A stretch of 64,000 nucleotides of DNA from a virus. Below the pieces are notes generated by a model. The model ran no database searches and had not been told where the DNA came from. It was given only the letters and a program-made list of their open reading frames with translations. Numbering within the stretch: the stretch's first letter is position 1; the number at the start of each line of letters is the position of its first letter. The stretch spans positions 35,207 to 99,206 of IMG/VR virus record IMGVR_UViG_3300047445_000314; one strand, 5' to 3'. The position numbers and the translations under genes are program-made. Shown piece after piece: positions 45,472-54,395 of this stretch.

Positions 45472-45966
45472 ATGACCGCACAGGGACCGACGCAAACCAC
45501 CGCCAATACGGCCACCACCGGCACACCTGCTGATTTCCACATCACCGATATCCCGTTCGGCGGCACCGTCGTCACCAGTATCATGTCGGCCATGGCCGCC
45601 GTCCTGTGGGTACGCCGCAAGCTCAGCAAGGACAATGTCGAGCTGGCCAAGGACAGGGTCGAGGCCTCCGTGTTGCAGACCATCTCGGCCGAGCGCGACC
45701 GCGCCGTCCTGGCTGCCGAGAAGGCCTGGCAGACTAGAGCCGAGGACGCCAAGCTAATCGGTCAGCTCAACGGTGAAGTCAAGCACCTGTCGCATATGAA
45801 CTGCGACCTGATCAAGGAAGTGGAAAACCTGCGCAACGACTTCCAGCAGCTCCGCGAAGTTATCTTGTGTTTGTTGCCAAGGGTCATTAACATGGACATT
45901 TCCGACACGCCGTACACGCCGGAACAATTGATGCTCCTGTTGCGCCAGCCAAGGACCACGCCATGA
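45472..45966 (+). CDS. holin/antiholin-like membrane protein
   Basis: One TM segment plus coiled coil, ATGA-coupled to endolysin. Confidence 0.5.
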   Translation: MTAQGPTQTTANTATTGTPADFHITDIPFGGTVVTSIMSAMAAVLWVRRKLSKDNVELAKDRVEASVLQTISAERDRAVLAAEKAWQTRAEDAKLIGQLNGEVKHLSHMNCDLIKEVENLRNDFQQLREVILCLLPRVINMDISDTPYTPEQLMLLLRQPRTTP

Positions 45967-46448
45967 TCTCCGTCAACCTGCAAGCGTTTTTGGATACGAT
46001 CGCGCACAGCGAAGGCACGTCGACCAGTGCCGCCACCCGCAACAACGGCTACGACGTGATCGTCACGGGCGCGGACGGCAAGGCGGAAGTGTTTACCGAC
46101 TACAGCACGCACCCGTTCGCCACTGGACGCAAATCCAAGGTGATCAACAGCCGTGGCTTGACCTCGAACGCGTCCGGCCGCTACCAGTTCATGCTGCGCG
46201 ACTGGGCGCACTATCAGGCGCAATTGAGGTTGCCCGACTTTGGCCCCGCATCGCAGGACAAGTGGGCGATCCAGTTGCTGCTCGAATGCGGCGCGTTGAA
46301 GCTGATCGAGGCGGGCCGCTTCGACCTGGCGGTGGCCAAGTGTGCACACCTATGGGCATCCTTGCCAGGGGCGGGCTACAGTCAGCATGAGAATCTGCTG
46401 GCCAACCTGCGCGGGGTCTACACCAAGGCGGGCGGGGTACTGGCATGA
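45963..46448 (+). CDS. endolysin, lambda R-like lytic transglycosylase
   Basis: AFLDTIAHSEGT...ASGRYQF...LPDFGPASQD...WASLPGAGYSQ. Confidence 0.92.
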   Translation: MISVNLQAFLDTIAHSEGTSTSAATRNNGYDVIVTGADGKAEVFTDYSTHPFATGRKSKVINSRGLTSNASGRYQFMLRDWAHYQAQLRLPDFGPASQDKWAIQLLLECGALKLIEAGRFDLAVAKCAHLWASLPGAGYSQHENLLANLRGVYTKAGGVLA

Positions 46449-46822
46449 GCGGCTTTACTATTGAACCGATGATCATCGTCCTGGCATTGGCGGCGGTGGT
46501 CATCGGCATCTCGTTCTACCACGCGCACCGCAAACCCGATTTCAATTTCAATGCCTTCGACCTGATCATGACGGATGGCAGCATCGACCGGGTCGCGCTG
46601 GCCTTCATGCTGGTCCTGGCGGTGACCACCTGGATCATGCTCGATCTGCAAATCAAAGGCAAGATGACCGAAGGCTATCTGACCTCCTACGGCGCAATGT
46701 GGGTGGTACCGCTGGTAGCCAAGGTCGTCTTCAACAAGACCGAATTGCCTACGCCAACCCCGCTAGTTGCCCAGAATCCCGCGCCCCCCGCGCCAACCGA
46801 CACCCCACCGCAAGGCAGCTAA
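46445..46822 (+). CDS. putative holin
   Basis: Three hydrophobic segments, within the lysis cassette. Confidence 0.6.
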   Translation: MSGFTIEPMIIVLALAAVVIGISFYHAHRKPDFNFNAFDLIMTDGSIDRVALAFMLVLAVTTWIMLDLQIKGKMTEGYLTSYGAMWVVPLVAKVVFNKTELPTPTPLVAQNPAPPAPTDTPPQGS

Positions 46823-46824
46823 TC

Positions 46825-47412
46825 ATGGGCACCCTTCTGATGCTGTACAGGAACAAGAAGCTCATTGCCTATGCCTTGCTGGTGATCGGTCTGGTACTCG
46901 GTGCACTTGCTTATCGCGCCAGCCTGATCAATGACGGCAAGGTCGCGGGCCGGGCCGAGGTACAAGCCCTGTGGGACAAGGACAAGGCCGCGCTGGCACT
47001 CGCCGAAGAGAAGGCCTACCAGCAGCGGGTGACCGAAAACAAGGTGGAAGCGGCCAAACAACTGGAAGCTAATCTAAGCAATGAGAGGACACACCATGAA
47101 GAACTGGCTAAGCTACGCGCTGATTTGTCTACTGACCGCATGCTGCGCGGACCCCGTCTATGTGGTCCGGTCGTTGCCGGAGAAACCAAAGCCAGTCGCC
47201 CCCGCGAGCGCGACGAACCCGATCCCGGCGTCGGGGCATTTCCGTCTGACGTTGAACGAGATATTAAGTCGCTGATCTGGGAGATGGAAGTAGTCGCGTC
47301 CACCGCGCGTTCCTGCCAGCAGTTCGTCAAGGACAATGGCATGTGGCCTGCGGCGGCGGAACCAACCCCTGCCTCCGAGCCTACTACCCCAATACCTGCC
47401 CCTACGCAATAA
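46825..47412 (+). CDS. i-spanin (Rz-like)
   Basis: N-terminal TM, coiled coil, C-terminal CQQFV. Confidence 0.75.
   Translation: MGTLLMLYRNKKLIAYALLVIGLVLGALAYRASLINDGKVAGRAEVQALWDKDKAALALAEEKAYQQRVTENKVEAAKQLEANLSNERTHHEELAKLRADLSTDRMLRGPRLCGPVVAGETKASRPRERDEPDPGVGAFPSDVERDIKSLIWEMEVVASTARSCQQFVKDNGMWPAAAEPTPASEPTTPIPAPTQ
47096..47275 (+). CDS. o-spanin (Rz1-like lipoprotein), embedded in +1 frame
   Basis: RBS GAGGA; MKNWLSYALICLLTAC lipobox; Pro-rich. Confidence 0.75.
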   Translation: MKNWLSYALICLLTACCADPVYVVRSLPEKPKPVAPASATNPIPASGHFRLTLNEILSR

Positions 47413-47491
47413 AATAGTTAGCCAAAATCCCCTATAGTGGTATGATCCTGCTTGCGCGCAGTAGACCCCATAACCCTATAGGAGCAGCATC

Positions 47492-48124
47492 ATGACCCTT
47501 TCTACCATGCCAGTACCACTGTCCCACGGCCTGCAAAATACCGCAGCCGACGACGTTGTCAAGGAATTGCGTGGCCTGACCCAGTCCCTGCTGGCCGGTA
47601 CCACCGCCAACACGACCATCGCCCTGGCCGCGATCCGCACCGAAGACACCTTGATCGGCGCGCTGAACAACAACGCCGGTACCATCACCGACATCCTGTC
47701 GACCATGTCGATCAACGACTGCCGCGCCTCCGGCACCGTCACCGCCGCCTCCGCCGTTGCCGCCGACACCGTCACCGTGGATGGCCGCGTCTATACCGCC
47801 GTCGCCAACGGCGTCACCCCGGCCTTCGGCCAGTTCTCGGTCGGTGCCACCGACGCCGCCTGCGCCACCAACCTGGCCGCCGCCATCAACCTGGGCGAGC
47901 AGGCCGACACCACCAGCAAGGTGACCGCATCGGCAGCCTCAGCCGTGGTGACCATCACGGCGCGCGCGGAAGGCACGGGTGGCAATGCCATCACCCTGGC
48001 TACGTCGAACAACACCCGCCTGGCCAAGTCCGGCACGGTACTCGCGGGTGGCACCGCTACCGGTGGCGTGAAGTCGACCGGCGCGACCAACCAGATCATC
48101 CTGACCTGGTTCAACAAGCACTAA
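47492..48124 (+). CDS. virion structural/decoration-like protein in its own transcription unit
   Basis: Extended -10 TGgTATGAT near 47438, RBS AGGAG, capsid-like codon bias, Ala/Thr-rich. Confidence 0.6.
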   Translation: MTLSTMPVPLSHGLQNTAADDVVKELRGLTQSLLAGTTANTTIALAAIRTEDTLIGALNNNAGTITDILSTMSINDCRASGTVTAASAVAADTVTVDGRVYTAVANGVTPAFGQFSVGATDAACATNLAAAINLGEQADTTSKVTASAASAVVTITARAEGTGGNAITLATSNNTRLAKSGTVLAGGTATGGVKSTGATNQIILTWFNKH

Positions 48125-48189
48125 GAGCAGGTGAAGCGACCGGTGAAGCTACCCGCCTAGCCGAATCGCGGTACCCTAGTCGTACCCCG

Positions 48190-48217
48190 AAAGCCTCCTC
48201 ACACAGGGGGCTTTTTT
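48190..48217 (+). terminator. intrinsic terminator
   Basis: aaagcctcct-caca-cagggggc plus tttttt. Confidence 0.75.
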
Positions 48218-48272
48218 ACGTCCGTATATTTTGTACCACATGGCCCGTGGCGTATCGGGTAGCAGTACATTA

Positions 48273-48281
48273 TGGTACAAT
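48273..48281 (+). promoter_or_regulatory. extended -10 promoter candidate (TGgTACAAT)
   Basis: Intergenic, upstream of the AAA ATPase gene. Confidence 0.5.
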
Positions 48282-48292
48282 TGGTTTCCCGT

Positions 48293-48308
48293 TTGAGATT
48301 GATTGCAA
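48293..48308. repeat. motif copy 19 (TTGAGATTGATTGCAA), intergenic
   Basis: Just downstream of the predicted transcription start. Confidence 0.85.
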
Positions 48309-48373
48309 ATAATTCCAATACGGATTGGCTCCTGCCGCGACGACAAATCGCACCTATATAAAGGTTGAACGTT

Positions 48374-50047
48374 ATGATCCTTACGACCACCCAAGACAAC
48401 TCGGAACACGCGCTCATGTCGGAGCTGTACAAGATGGCCGACGCCGGGGCCTCCGTGCTCCAGGTCCGCACTCGCGAAGTGATGCGCGGGGCGATGACAC
48501 TGCGCCGCAACATCCTCCTGTCCGAACACAGCGAATACCGCGAATGGGACGCCATCAATGGCTTCCGCAGCTTCACCCGCGAGGATTACGTCAGCCATAT
48601 CAAGGCGGGCGACCAGAAGGACTTCATGAGCGCGCTGGAGGAGCCGCTGGGCGAATTGCGCAACACCTCCTCGTCGATTAACAGCAAGCGCGATACGGTT
48701 CATTATTACATATTCGTTGACCCGCATCCCTATCTGGCCAACAACCCGGTCGCCACCGAGCTGGTCCAGCAATACGCGGCGATGCTGCCCTCCACCAATG
48801 TTTGCATCATCTTTGTCACCCCCGACGTCACGCTGGATGGCATCACGGCAGGCACCTTGCTCATCTCCGACATGAGCACGCCCAGCGCGGAGGAGTTGCA
48901 GGACGTCCTGGTCAAGATCATCGAAAAGGCGGAGGGCGATTTCAAGGACGGCAGCGAACTGTCCGATGAGGATATCCGCCGCCTGTCCGTTCTCGGGCTG
49001 GGGCTGTCCCTCTACGAGTTCGAGACCTACGCGGCGATTGCCATCATTGACGCGAATCAGAAGGACCATGACGCGATCACTTTTGAGGTGATGTCGGATG
49101 GGATTGCCCTCGGCAAGACGGCGGTGGTCAAGCAGTCCGATATCCTGGAGCTTATGGCTGGCGCGAACATGGCCGACGTCGGCGGCATGAACCGCCTCAA
49201 GGACTGGGTCGCCTCGCGCGCCGATTGCTACTCGGACGAGGCCAAGGCCTTCGGTATCGAGCCACCCAAGGGCGCGGTCGTGGTAGGCGTACCTGGCGGC
49301 GGCAAGTCGCTGGTTGCCAGGGCTACCGCCTCCGAGCTTGGCGTGCCATTAGTCCGCATGGATTTTTCCCGCATCTTCTCCAAGTACATCGGCGATAGCG
49401 AGAGCCGCATCCGCTCCGCGCTGAAGATGGTCGAGCAGATGGCTCCCTGCGTCCTCTTCCTCGATGAGCTGGACAAGGGCCTTGGCGGCAGCGCCAACGG
49501 CGGCGGCGATTCCGGCACCTCCTCGCGCGTGCTTGGCTCCTTCCTCTCCTGGCTACAGGATAACACCGCGCCGGTCTTTGTCATGGTCACCGCCAATCGC
49601 GTCGACGGCCTGCCTCCGGAACTCCTGCGGCGCGGCCGGTTCGATCAAATCTTCTCGGTCGGCCTACCCACCGACAAGGAACGGCTGGAAGTACTGGATA
49701 TCCACCTGCGCAAGCGTAATAAGACTACGACGTTCAGCAAGGAAGACCTGTTCGAGTTTACGGCGGCCTCGCGCGACTATGTCCCTGCCGAGATCGAATC
49801 GTCGGTCAAGGATGCGCTGATCATGGCCTTTAACGAAAAAACCACCGTCAAGATGGCGCATATCTTGCGCTCCCTGAAAGACATGGTGCCGATGTCGAAG
49901 TCGAACGCGGATGCCATTGCCAAGATCGTGGCATGGGCGCGGGATAACGCCACCCCGGTTAACTACGATGCGACCACGGACGCACCACTTGTCAACCTCG
50001 GACTGACGCGGCGCGTGGCAACCAACCGCACCCGCCCGACGCGGTAA
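48374..50047 (+). CDS. Ycf46-like AAA+ ATPase
   Basis: DVGGMNRLKDW, Walker A GVPGGGKS, Walker B VLFLDELDK, PPELLRRGRFD; degenerate N-terminal ATPase-like domain. Confidence 0.85.
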   Translation: MILTTTQDNSEHALMSELYKMADAGASVLQVRTREVMRGAMTLRRNILLSEHSEYREWDAINGFRSFTREDYVSHIKAGDQKDFMSALEEPLGELRNTSSSINSKRDTVHYYIFVDPHPYLANNPVATELVQQYAAMLPSTNVCIIFVTPDVTLDGITAGTLLISDMSTPSAEELQDVLVKIIEKAEGDFKDGSELSDEDIRRLSVLGLGLSLYEFETYAAIAIIDANQKDHDAITFEVMSDGIALGKTAVVKQSDILELMAGANMADVGGMNRLKDWVASRADCYSDEAKAFGIEPPKGAVVVGVPGGGKSLVARATASELGVPLVRMDFSRIFSKYIGDSESRIRSALKMVEQMAPCVLFLDELDKGLGGSANGGGDSGTSSRVLGSFLSWLQDNTAPVFVMVTANRVDGLPPELLRRGRFDQIFSVGLPTDKERLEVLDIHLRKRNKTTTFSKEDLFEFTAASRDYVPAEIESSVKDALIMAFNEKTTVKMAHILRSLKDMVPMSKSNADAIAKIVAWARDNATPVNYDATTDAPLVNLGLTRRVATNRTRPTR

Positions 50048-50085
50048 AATAGAACGAAATAATCAGGAGAACCCAGGAGCAGACT

Positions 50086-50712
50086 ATGACAGACATCAGC
50101 AACCAGCGCATCCGCCTTGGCTTTGGCAAGGTAAATCTCAAGACCAGCGCCATGACTCTCGCCGCCCTGCGCCTGCGCCCGCCGTTCCTGAAGGATTCCG
50201 CCATCTCCTCCGGCCGCCGCGAGACGGGCAGCATGACCAGCCATCCGGTGTCGCGCATCCCGCAGGTACACGGCAGCATGTACCAGGACTATGTCACGCA
50301 CCAGAACGGCACCATCGTCATGTTGCAGGCATCCTGGACGCGCGGCGGGGTCAGGATACGCGACGGCGCGGTCCTGCTCCGCCTACGCCGAGAAGCCGCC
50401 TTGCTCAACGTCACGGCCATGCTACCGCACAGCCTGGAGTCGCAGATCGGCGACCGCATGTCGGTCTTCGAGGGGCGGGCCGACCTGCTCTCGCCGGACG
50501 AGGCGGCCATGTACAAGGTCGGTATCCCGCGCCGTTTCGTCGACAACTTCTTTGACCTGGAAGAAGTCGAAGAGTGCTTCATCGTTACGCAGGTCAGCGC
50601 AGCCATCGCCGATCGGCCTGAAGTCTCCCTGGTTGCCACCGCCGAGGGCGTGGTCGTCCGGGAAGTGCAAGCAGCCCCCACCCGCAGAATGAATTTAAAG
50701 AAAAGGACATAA
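50086..50712 (+). CDS. hypothetical protein
   Basis: RBS AGGAG; 208 aa. Confidence 0.7.
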   Translation: MTDISNQRIRLGFGKVNLKTSAMTLAALRLRPPFLKDSAISSGRRETGSMTSHPVSRIPQVHGSMYQDYVTHQNGTIVMLQASWTRGGVRIRDGAVLLRLRREAALLNVTAMLPHSLESQIGDRMSVFEGRADLLSPDEAAMYKVGIPRRFVDNFFDLEEVEECFIVTQVSAAIADRPEVSLVATAEGVVVREVQAAPTRRMNLKKRT

Positions 50713-50713
50713 C

Positions 50714-51067
50714 ATGAGCGCTCTTAGCATACAGCCTATGACCGACCTGGAGAGGCACAACGTTTTCCAGACCAATCTGCTCCTTGCGGTAGGGCTACGC
50801 GATACGTTGGTCGATGACCTGATAGGCAGAGCGGGCGTGCCTTTCGCCTACCTCAGAATTCGCGCCATCGTCATCGGCCAGTACTTCGGCGAATTGCATG
50901 TCGATTTTGAAAAGGAAGACGTCCTGTACTACATCAAGATCGATGTCGCGACGATGGAGTTGAAGTTCTACCGTTACAACGGCGCACACCGTGAGCGCTG
51001 GTCGGTGCGCGTCAAGGTACTCGGGCTGTGCACCACCATTGACCGCGTCCTGTCCTACGTTAAGTAG
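50714..51067 (+). CDS. hypothetical protein
   Basis: RBS AAGGA. Confidence 0.6.
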   Translation: MSALSIQPMTDLERHNVFQTNLLLAVGLRDTLVDDLIGRAGVPFAYLRIRAIVIGQYFGELHVDFEKEDVLYYIKIDVATMELKFYRYNGAHRERWSVRVKVLGLCTTIDRVLSYVK

Positions 51068-51084
51068 TAGTCAATCCGCGTCAT

Positions 51085-51100
51085 TTGCAATCAATTTCAA
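51085..51100. repeat. motif copy 20 (TTGCAATCAATTTCAA), intergenic
   Basis: Exact consensus, adjacent to RBS. Confidence 0.9.
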
Positions 51101-51114
51101 AGGGAGGAAGTATC

Positions 51115-51330
51115 ATGGAAATCGAACTGAAATTCGCCGACTCAAAAATGCTCAACGCGCTGGGTTACGACGAAGACACACAGACCATGGCGGTACGCTT
51201 CAAGAATGGTGACGTATGGCACTATTCGCCAGTACCTGCGGAGGCCTTCGAGACCATCCGCGACGCCCATTCGGTCGGGCAGGCGTTCCTGGCGATCCGC
51301 GACCAGTACCTGGCTACCAAGCAGGAATAA
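51115..51330 (+). CDS. KTSC domain protein
   Basis: SKMLNALGYD...VRFKNG.VWHY..VP...AHSVGQAF...IRDQY. Confidence 0.85.
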   Translation: MEIELKFADSKMLNALGYDEDTQTMAVRFKNGDVWHYSPVPAEAFETIRDAHSVGQAFLAIRDQYLATKQE

Positions 51331-51332
51331 TC

Positions 51333-51674
51333 ATGGCTACCTATAAACAGGAACGACTAGACGCATTCATCCTGCGCGCCGGGTACCCCTACGGGTGGAA
51401 CAGCCTTGTGGTATGGGCACGCAAGATGGCCGAGCAAGCAGTCGCAGAACAGGATGGCGGCCCACCCTACGGCCCGATCGACTACACCCTGAAAGCAGGC
51501 GATATCGTGTACAACCAATCCTGGGGCGACGGACAGATGTCGCTGGAGATCGTGGACGTTAATTGGGCGTTAAAGGCCGCAGCAGTCCGGCTCGCTCCGC
51601 GCGGCGGCATCGTCGTGTGGCCAGTCGGTAATCTGTCTCGTCAGATATTCGTTACGCACAGCGGACAGGGATAG
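51333..51674 (+). CDS. hypothetical protein
   Basis: In-frame ATG after RBS AGGA. Confidence 0.55.
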   Translation: MATYKQERLDAFILRAGYPYGWNSLVVWARKMAEQAVAEQDGGPPYGPIDYTLKAGDIVYNQSWGDGQMSLEIVDVNWALKAAAVRLAPRGGIVVWPVGNLSRQIFVTHSGQG

Positions 51675-51752
51675 CCCGCATACTGAAGGCGCGGCCGGTC
51701 CACCAACACGCTATAATAAGTCATCACCACCTCACATATATAGGAGCAACCC

Positions 51753-52196
51753 ATGTCACATACAACGAGCATAAAGGGTATCCAGATCATGGATATCGTC
51801 GCACTGGAGGCCGCCGTCAAGGAACTGGCCGCGTCGGGTTTGAAAATCAGCCTGGTCAAGGACGCCACCCCGCGCGCCTTCTACAGCAATCAAGCCGGGA
51901 TGGGAAAAGCCGACTATGTCGTCAAGCTGCTCGACGCCAGTTACGATATCGGCCTGTACAAGCAGGAGGACGGCTCGTACCAGCCGCGCACCGACTTCTT
52001 CGGTGGCAGCGTCGTCAAGGTCCTGGGCGCGCAGGCTTCCAAGAAAGAAAATGCTGAGCAAGCCAAGCTCGGCAAGCTGATGCAGATGTATGGCATCCAT
52101 GCCGCCACCATGAAGGCCAAGAAACAGGGCCTGACGGTACGCCGCGTCACCGGCAACGACGGCGTGGTCAAGTTGACGGTAGCCGGGTTCGCATAA
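51753..52196 (+). CDS. DUF1257 / Ycf35-like protein
   Basis: MSHTTSI...ALEAAVKEL...YDIGL...DGSY...DFF...LMQMYG...G.VKLTV. Confidence 0.75.
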   Translation: MSHTTSIKGIQIMDIVALEAAVKELAASGLKISLVKDATPRAFYSNQAGMGKADYVVKLLDASYDIGLYKQEDGSYQPRTDFFGGSVVKVLGAQASKKENAEQAKLGKLMQMYGIHAATMKAKKQGLTVRRVTGNDGVVKLTVAGFA

Positions 52197-52207
52197 GGAG
52201 CAACATC

Positions 52208-52399
52208 ATGAAGACAGTTGAGATCACGATCCAACCAGACGGCGAAGTCAAAGTCGACGCCATTGGCTTTGCCGGGGTCGGCTGCAAGAAAGCCACCACC
52301 GAATTGATTGAAGTCCTGGCGGGCGGCGGGTCGACCGACACCAAGCCCAAACCGGATTTCTACGCCACCAACCCGGTCGGTACCAAGATCAAGGGATAG
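52208..52399 (+). CDS. DUF2997-like protein
   Basis: VEITIQPDGEVKVDAIGFAGVGCKKAT...LAG...KPDFY. Confidence 0.8.
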   Translation: MKTVEITIQPDGEVKVDAIGFAGVGCKKATTELIEVLAGGGSTDTKPKPDFYATNPVGTKIKG

Positions 52400-52401
52400 C
52401 C

Positions 52402-52761
52402 ATGACCAGTCACGAAATCAGTGAGCGCACCCGCGCCGCCCTGAACCGTCTCTGCAAGTGGCGGTCGGTATTTGCCGGGTGGCAATTGGGTACCCGCGAC
52501 CAGGAAGACCCGGAATGTCAGGCGGTCAAGGACCACCGCGAATTATCCATGCTTCTGCGCGCGGAGGTCAGCGCGCTGGTCGCCACCCTGGTCCAGAAGG
52601 GTGTGTTCACGGTGGACGAGTTCAACACCAATCTGGAAAAAGAGGCAGTCACCATGGATGTGGAAAACGAACAGCGCTTCCCCGGCTTCAGTTCAATCGC
52701 GCAAGGCATATCCATGTCGATGCCGGAGGCGGCAGAGACGATGAAGAACTGGCCCAAGTAG
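52402..52761 (+). CDS. hypothetical protein
   Basis: Packed + strand ORF. Confidence 0.65.
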   Translation: MTSHEISERTRAALNRLCKWRSVFAGWQLGTRDQEDPECQAVKDHRELSMLLRAEVSALVATLVQKGVFTVDEFNTNLEKEAVTMDVENEQRFPGFSSIAQGISMSMPEAAETMKNWPK

Positions 52762-52779
52762 GGATACACAGGAGGTAGC

Positions 52780-53154
52780 ATGGCGCGACGCTTACGGCTA
52801 GGACGGGGTACGGAAAAGGATAGGACGCTTATAGACCCTCCCGCGCCGAAGGAACCACCTGAATGGCCGCACCCGATACCTCCCGACCCTCCCGATGCAC
52901 GGCGGCGGCATCAATGGCCGCCTGAACGTATAGCCACTCCCGCTGGTAGCTGCTTGCATGGCGAGGTGGCTATAGAGCGGAGATATGTGGAGTATGCAGA
53001 GTCTGGTCAGGTAACCCAGCGCATAGTGACCGGCCAGGAGATCGTCATCACCTTGCGCGGGGAGGGTAATCATATCGCCATCCTGGAAGATGCCTTGCGC
53101 CAGCTTCGTGATAACCCGGACAGTTTTAATTTCACGGTACGCGCATCCTTATAG
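52780..53154 (+). CDS. hypothetical Pro-rich protein
   Basis: RBS AGGAGG. Confidence 0.6.
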   Translation: MARRLRLGRGTEKDRTLIDPPAPKEPPEWPHPIPPDPPDARRRHQWPPERIATPAGSCLHGEVAIERRYVEYAESGQVTQRIVTGQEIVITLRGEGNHIAILEDALRQLRDNPDSFNFTVRASL

Positions 53155-53163
53155 GAGAGACCC

Positions 53164-53376
53164 ATGTGTTGGCCTGATGATTACCAGTATCTGCGCCTGC
53201 GCCGCCATAACGGTTGCCAGGACGTCCCACGCCCGCCCGACCACGCCAGCGGCCCCTTCATGACGTACGAGAACCGTACCTGGATGAGCGGCTTGATTGT
53301 CACCCGCCGCGACGGTGCGAAGGCTTGTATCTATACACCCCTACCTGGCACCCCCACGCTCGATTGGGACGAGTAA
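53164..53376 (+). CDS. hypothetical protein
   Basis: RBS AGGAG. Confidence 0.55.
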   Translation: MCWPDDYQYLRLRRHNGCQDVPRPPDHASGPFMTYENRTWMSGLIVTRRDGAKACIYTPLPGTPTLDWDE

Positions 53377-53407
53377 GATAGGGGTAGGACTACACGAGGG
53401 ATGGGTT

Positions 53408-53423
53408 TTGCAATCAATTTCAA
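53408..53423. repeat. motif copy 21 (TTGCAATCAATTTCAA), intergenic
   Basis: Exact consensus, adjacent to RBS. Confidence 0.9.
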
Positions 53424-53435
53424 CCGGAGAGAATA

Positions 53436-53780
53436 ATGAAGACACGTTTTACAACAATCGACTTCGCGGAGGACGGCACAGTGGAGGCCATGAACCGGGA
53501 CGAATTCAACATAGGCTTCCTGGGCAAGCAGAGCATCCAACGCGCCAGCGAGATCAAATTCAACGAGGCAACCCAAAGCTGGAATATTTGCTTGCCGGAT
53601 GACGATGACCGATGCTGGGTAGCAATACCGGAAGCTACCGGCTTTGCCTCGTATAACGTGGCGCGCGATGTCGAGGTGTTCTGGTTGGAGACCGCGCGCC
53701 GAGTCGGCGTCAACCCTACCAGTATGGAGGGTATCCGGATACTCCAGGCAGCCAAGGACCTGAGCCGCGTCCTGGCATAG
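53436..53780 (+). CDS. hypothetical protein, possibly of a family accompanying Ycf46/DUF1257/DUF2997 loci
   Basis: DGTVEA...LGKQSIQRASEI...W...F...A..VEVFWL pattern (recalled, not searched). Confidence 0.55.
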   Translation: MKTRFTTIDFAEDGTVEAMNRDEFNIGFLGKQSIQRASEIKFNEATQSWNICLPDDDDRCWVAIPEATGFASYNVARDVEVFWLETARRVGVNPTSMEGIRILQAAKDLSRVLA

Positions 53781-53817
53781 CAATGGTCTAGCGGCACGCC
53801 GCATGCCGTGAATATGA

Positions 53818-53842
53818 GCCGATCCGCGTGGTCGGCCTTTTT
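53818..53842 (+). terminator. intrinsic terminator
   Basis: gccgatc-loop-ggtcggc plus cttttt. Confidence 0.65.
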
Positions 53843-53928
53843 ATTTGCGCCCGTTCCCGCATCAAACACCCGATGACATAAACCTGCCAAGTAGGAAATA
53901 ATCCACAGCAACTATTCCATAGACAATA

Positions 53929-53958
53929 TTGACACAGGTCATTAATTCGTGATAGGAT
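53929..53958 (+). promoter_or_regulatory. sigma70-like promoter of replication operon
   Basis: TTGACA-18-TAGGAT with TG extension. Confidence 0.6.
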
Positions 53959-53996
53959 GTTTGTATCGACACATTCCTGATGTCACGGAGGCTACT

Positions 53997-54308
53997 ATGG
54001 GTATGAGTATCACGCAGGCATACGCGCACAAGGTCGCGCAGATGCCCAAACTACAGCACGCCGCCGTGCGCGTTGGCTTATGGATCGCTGTGGTCGCCGA
54101 GAAAACGGGCGGCTTCCCGGTGAACGTCCACCACACCAATATGATGAACGGGTACAACAAGGACGGCGTCACCGTTCCCGGTATCTGCTTCCGTCCGCCG
54201 ACCGTGCGCCAGTCCCTGGCCGCGCTGCAAGAGGCGGGCATCCTCACCGTGGTGGATATCGAGTCGCGCTACGCGCACCCGATGAAGTCCTGCACGCTGA
54301 ACCTGTAA
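53997..54308 (+). CDS. putative winged-helix DNA-binding protein
   Basis: RBS GGAGG; PTVRQSLAALQEAGILTV. Confidence 0.55.
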   Translation: MGMSITQAYAHKVAQMPKLQHAAVRVGLWIAVVAEKTGGFPVNVHHTNMMNGYNKDGVTVPGICFRPPTVRQSLAALQEAGILTVVDIESRYAHPMKSCTLNL

Positions 54309-54334
54309 TAAACAAAACGCGTTCCACAAAAGGA

Positions 54335-54365
54335 AAAGCCCCGGAGCGGCAAACTCCGAGGCTTT
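54335..54365. other. stem-loop upstream of replication gene
   Basis: aaagccccggag-cggcaaa-ctccgaggcttt. Confidence 0.55.
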
Positions 54366-54395
54366 CAGCCCCACCTCCCGTAACGAGGCAGAACC

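Noticed and set aside
47492-48124. Tail sheath (myovirus) assignment
   Set aside because: Only 210 aa, outside the tail operon, and no baseplate wedge genes are seen; the tail module is siphovirus-like.
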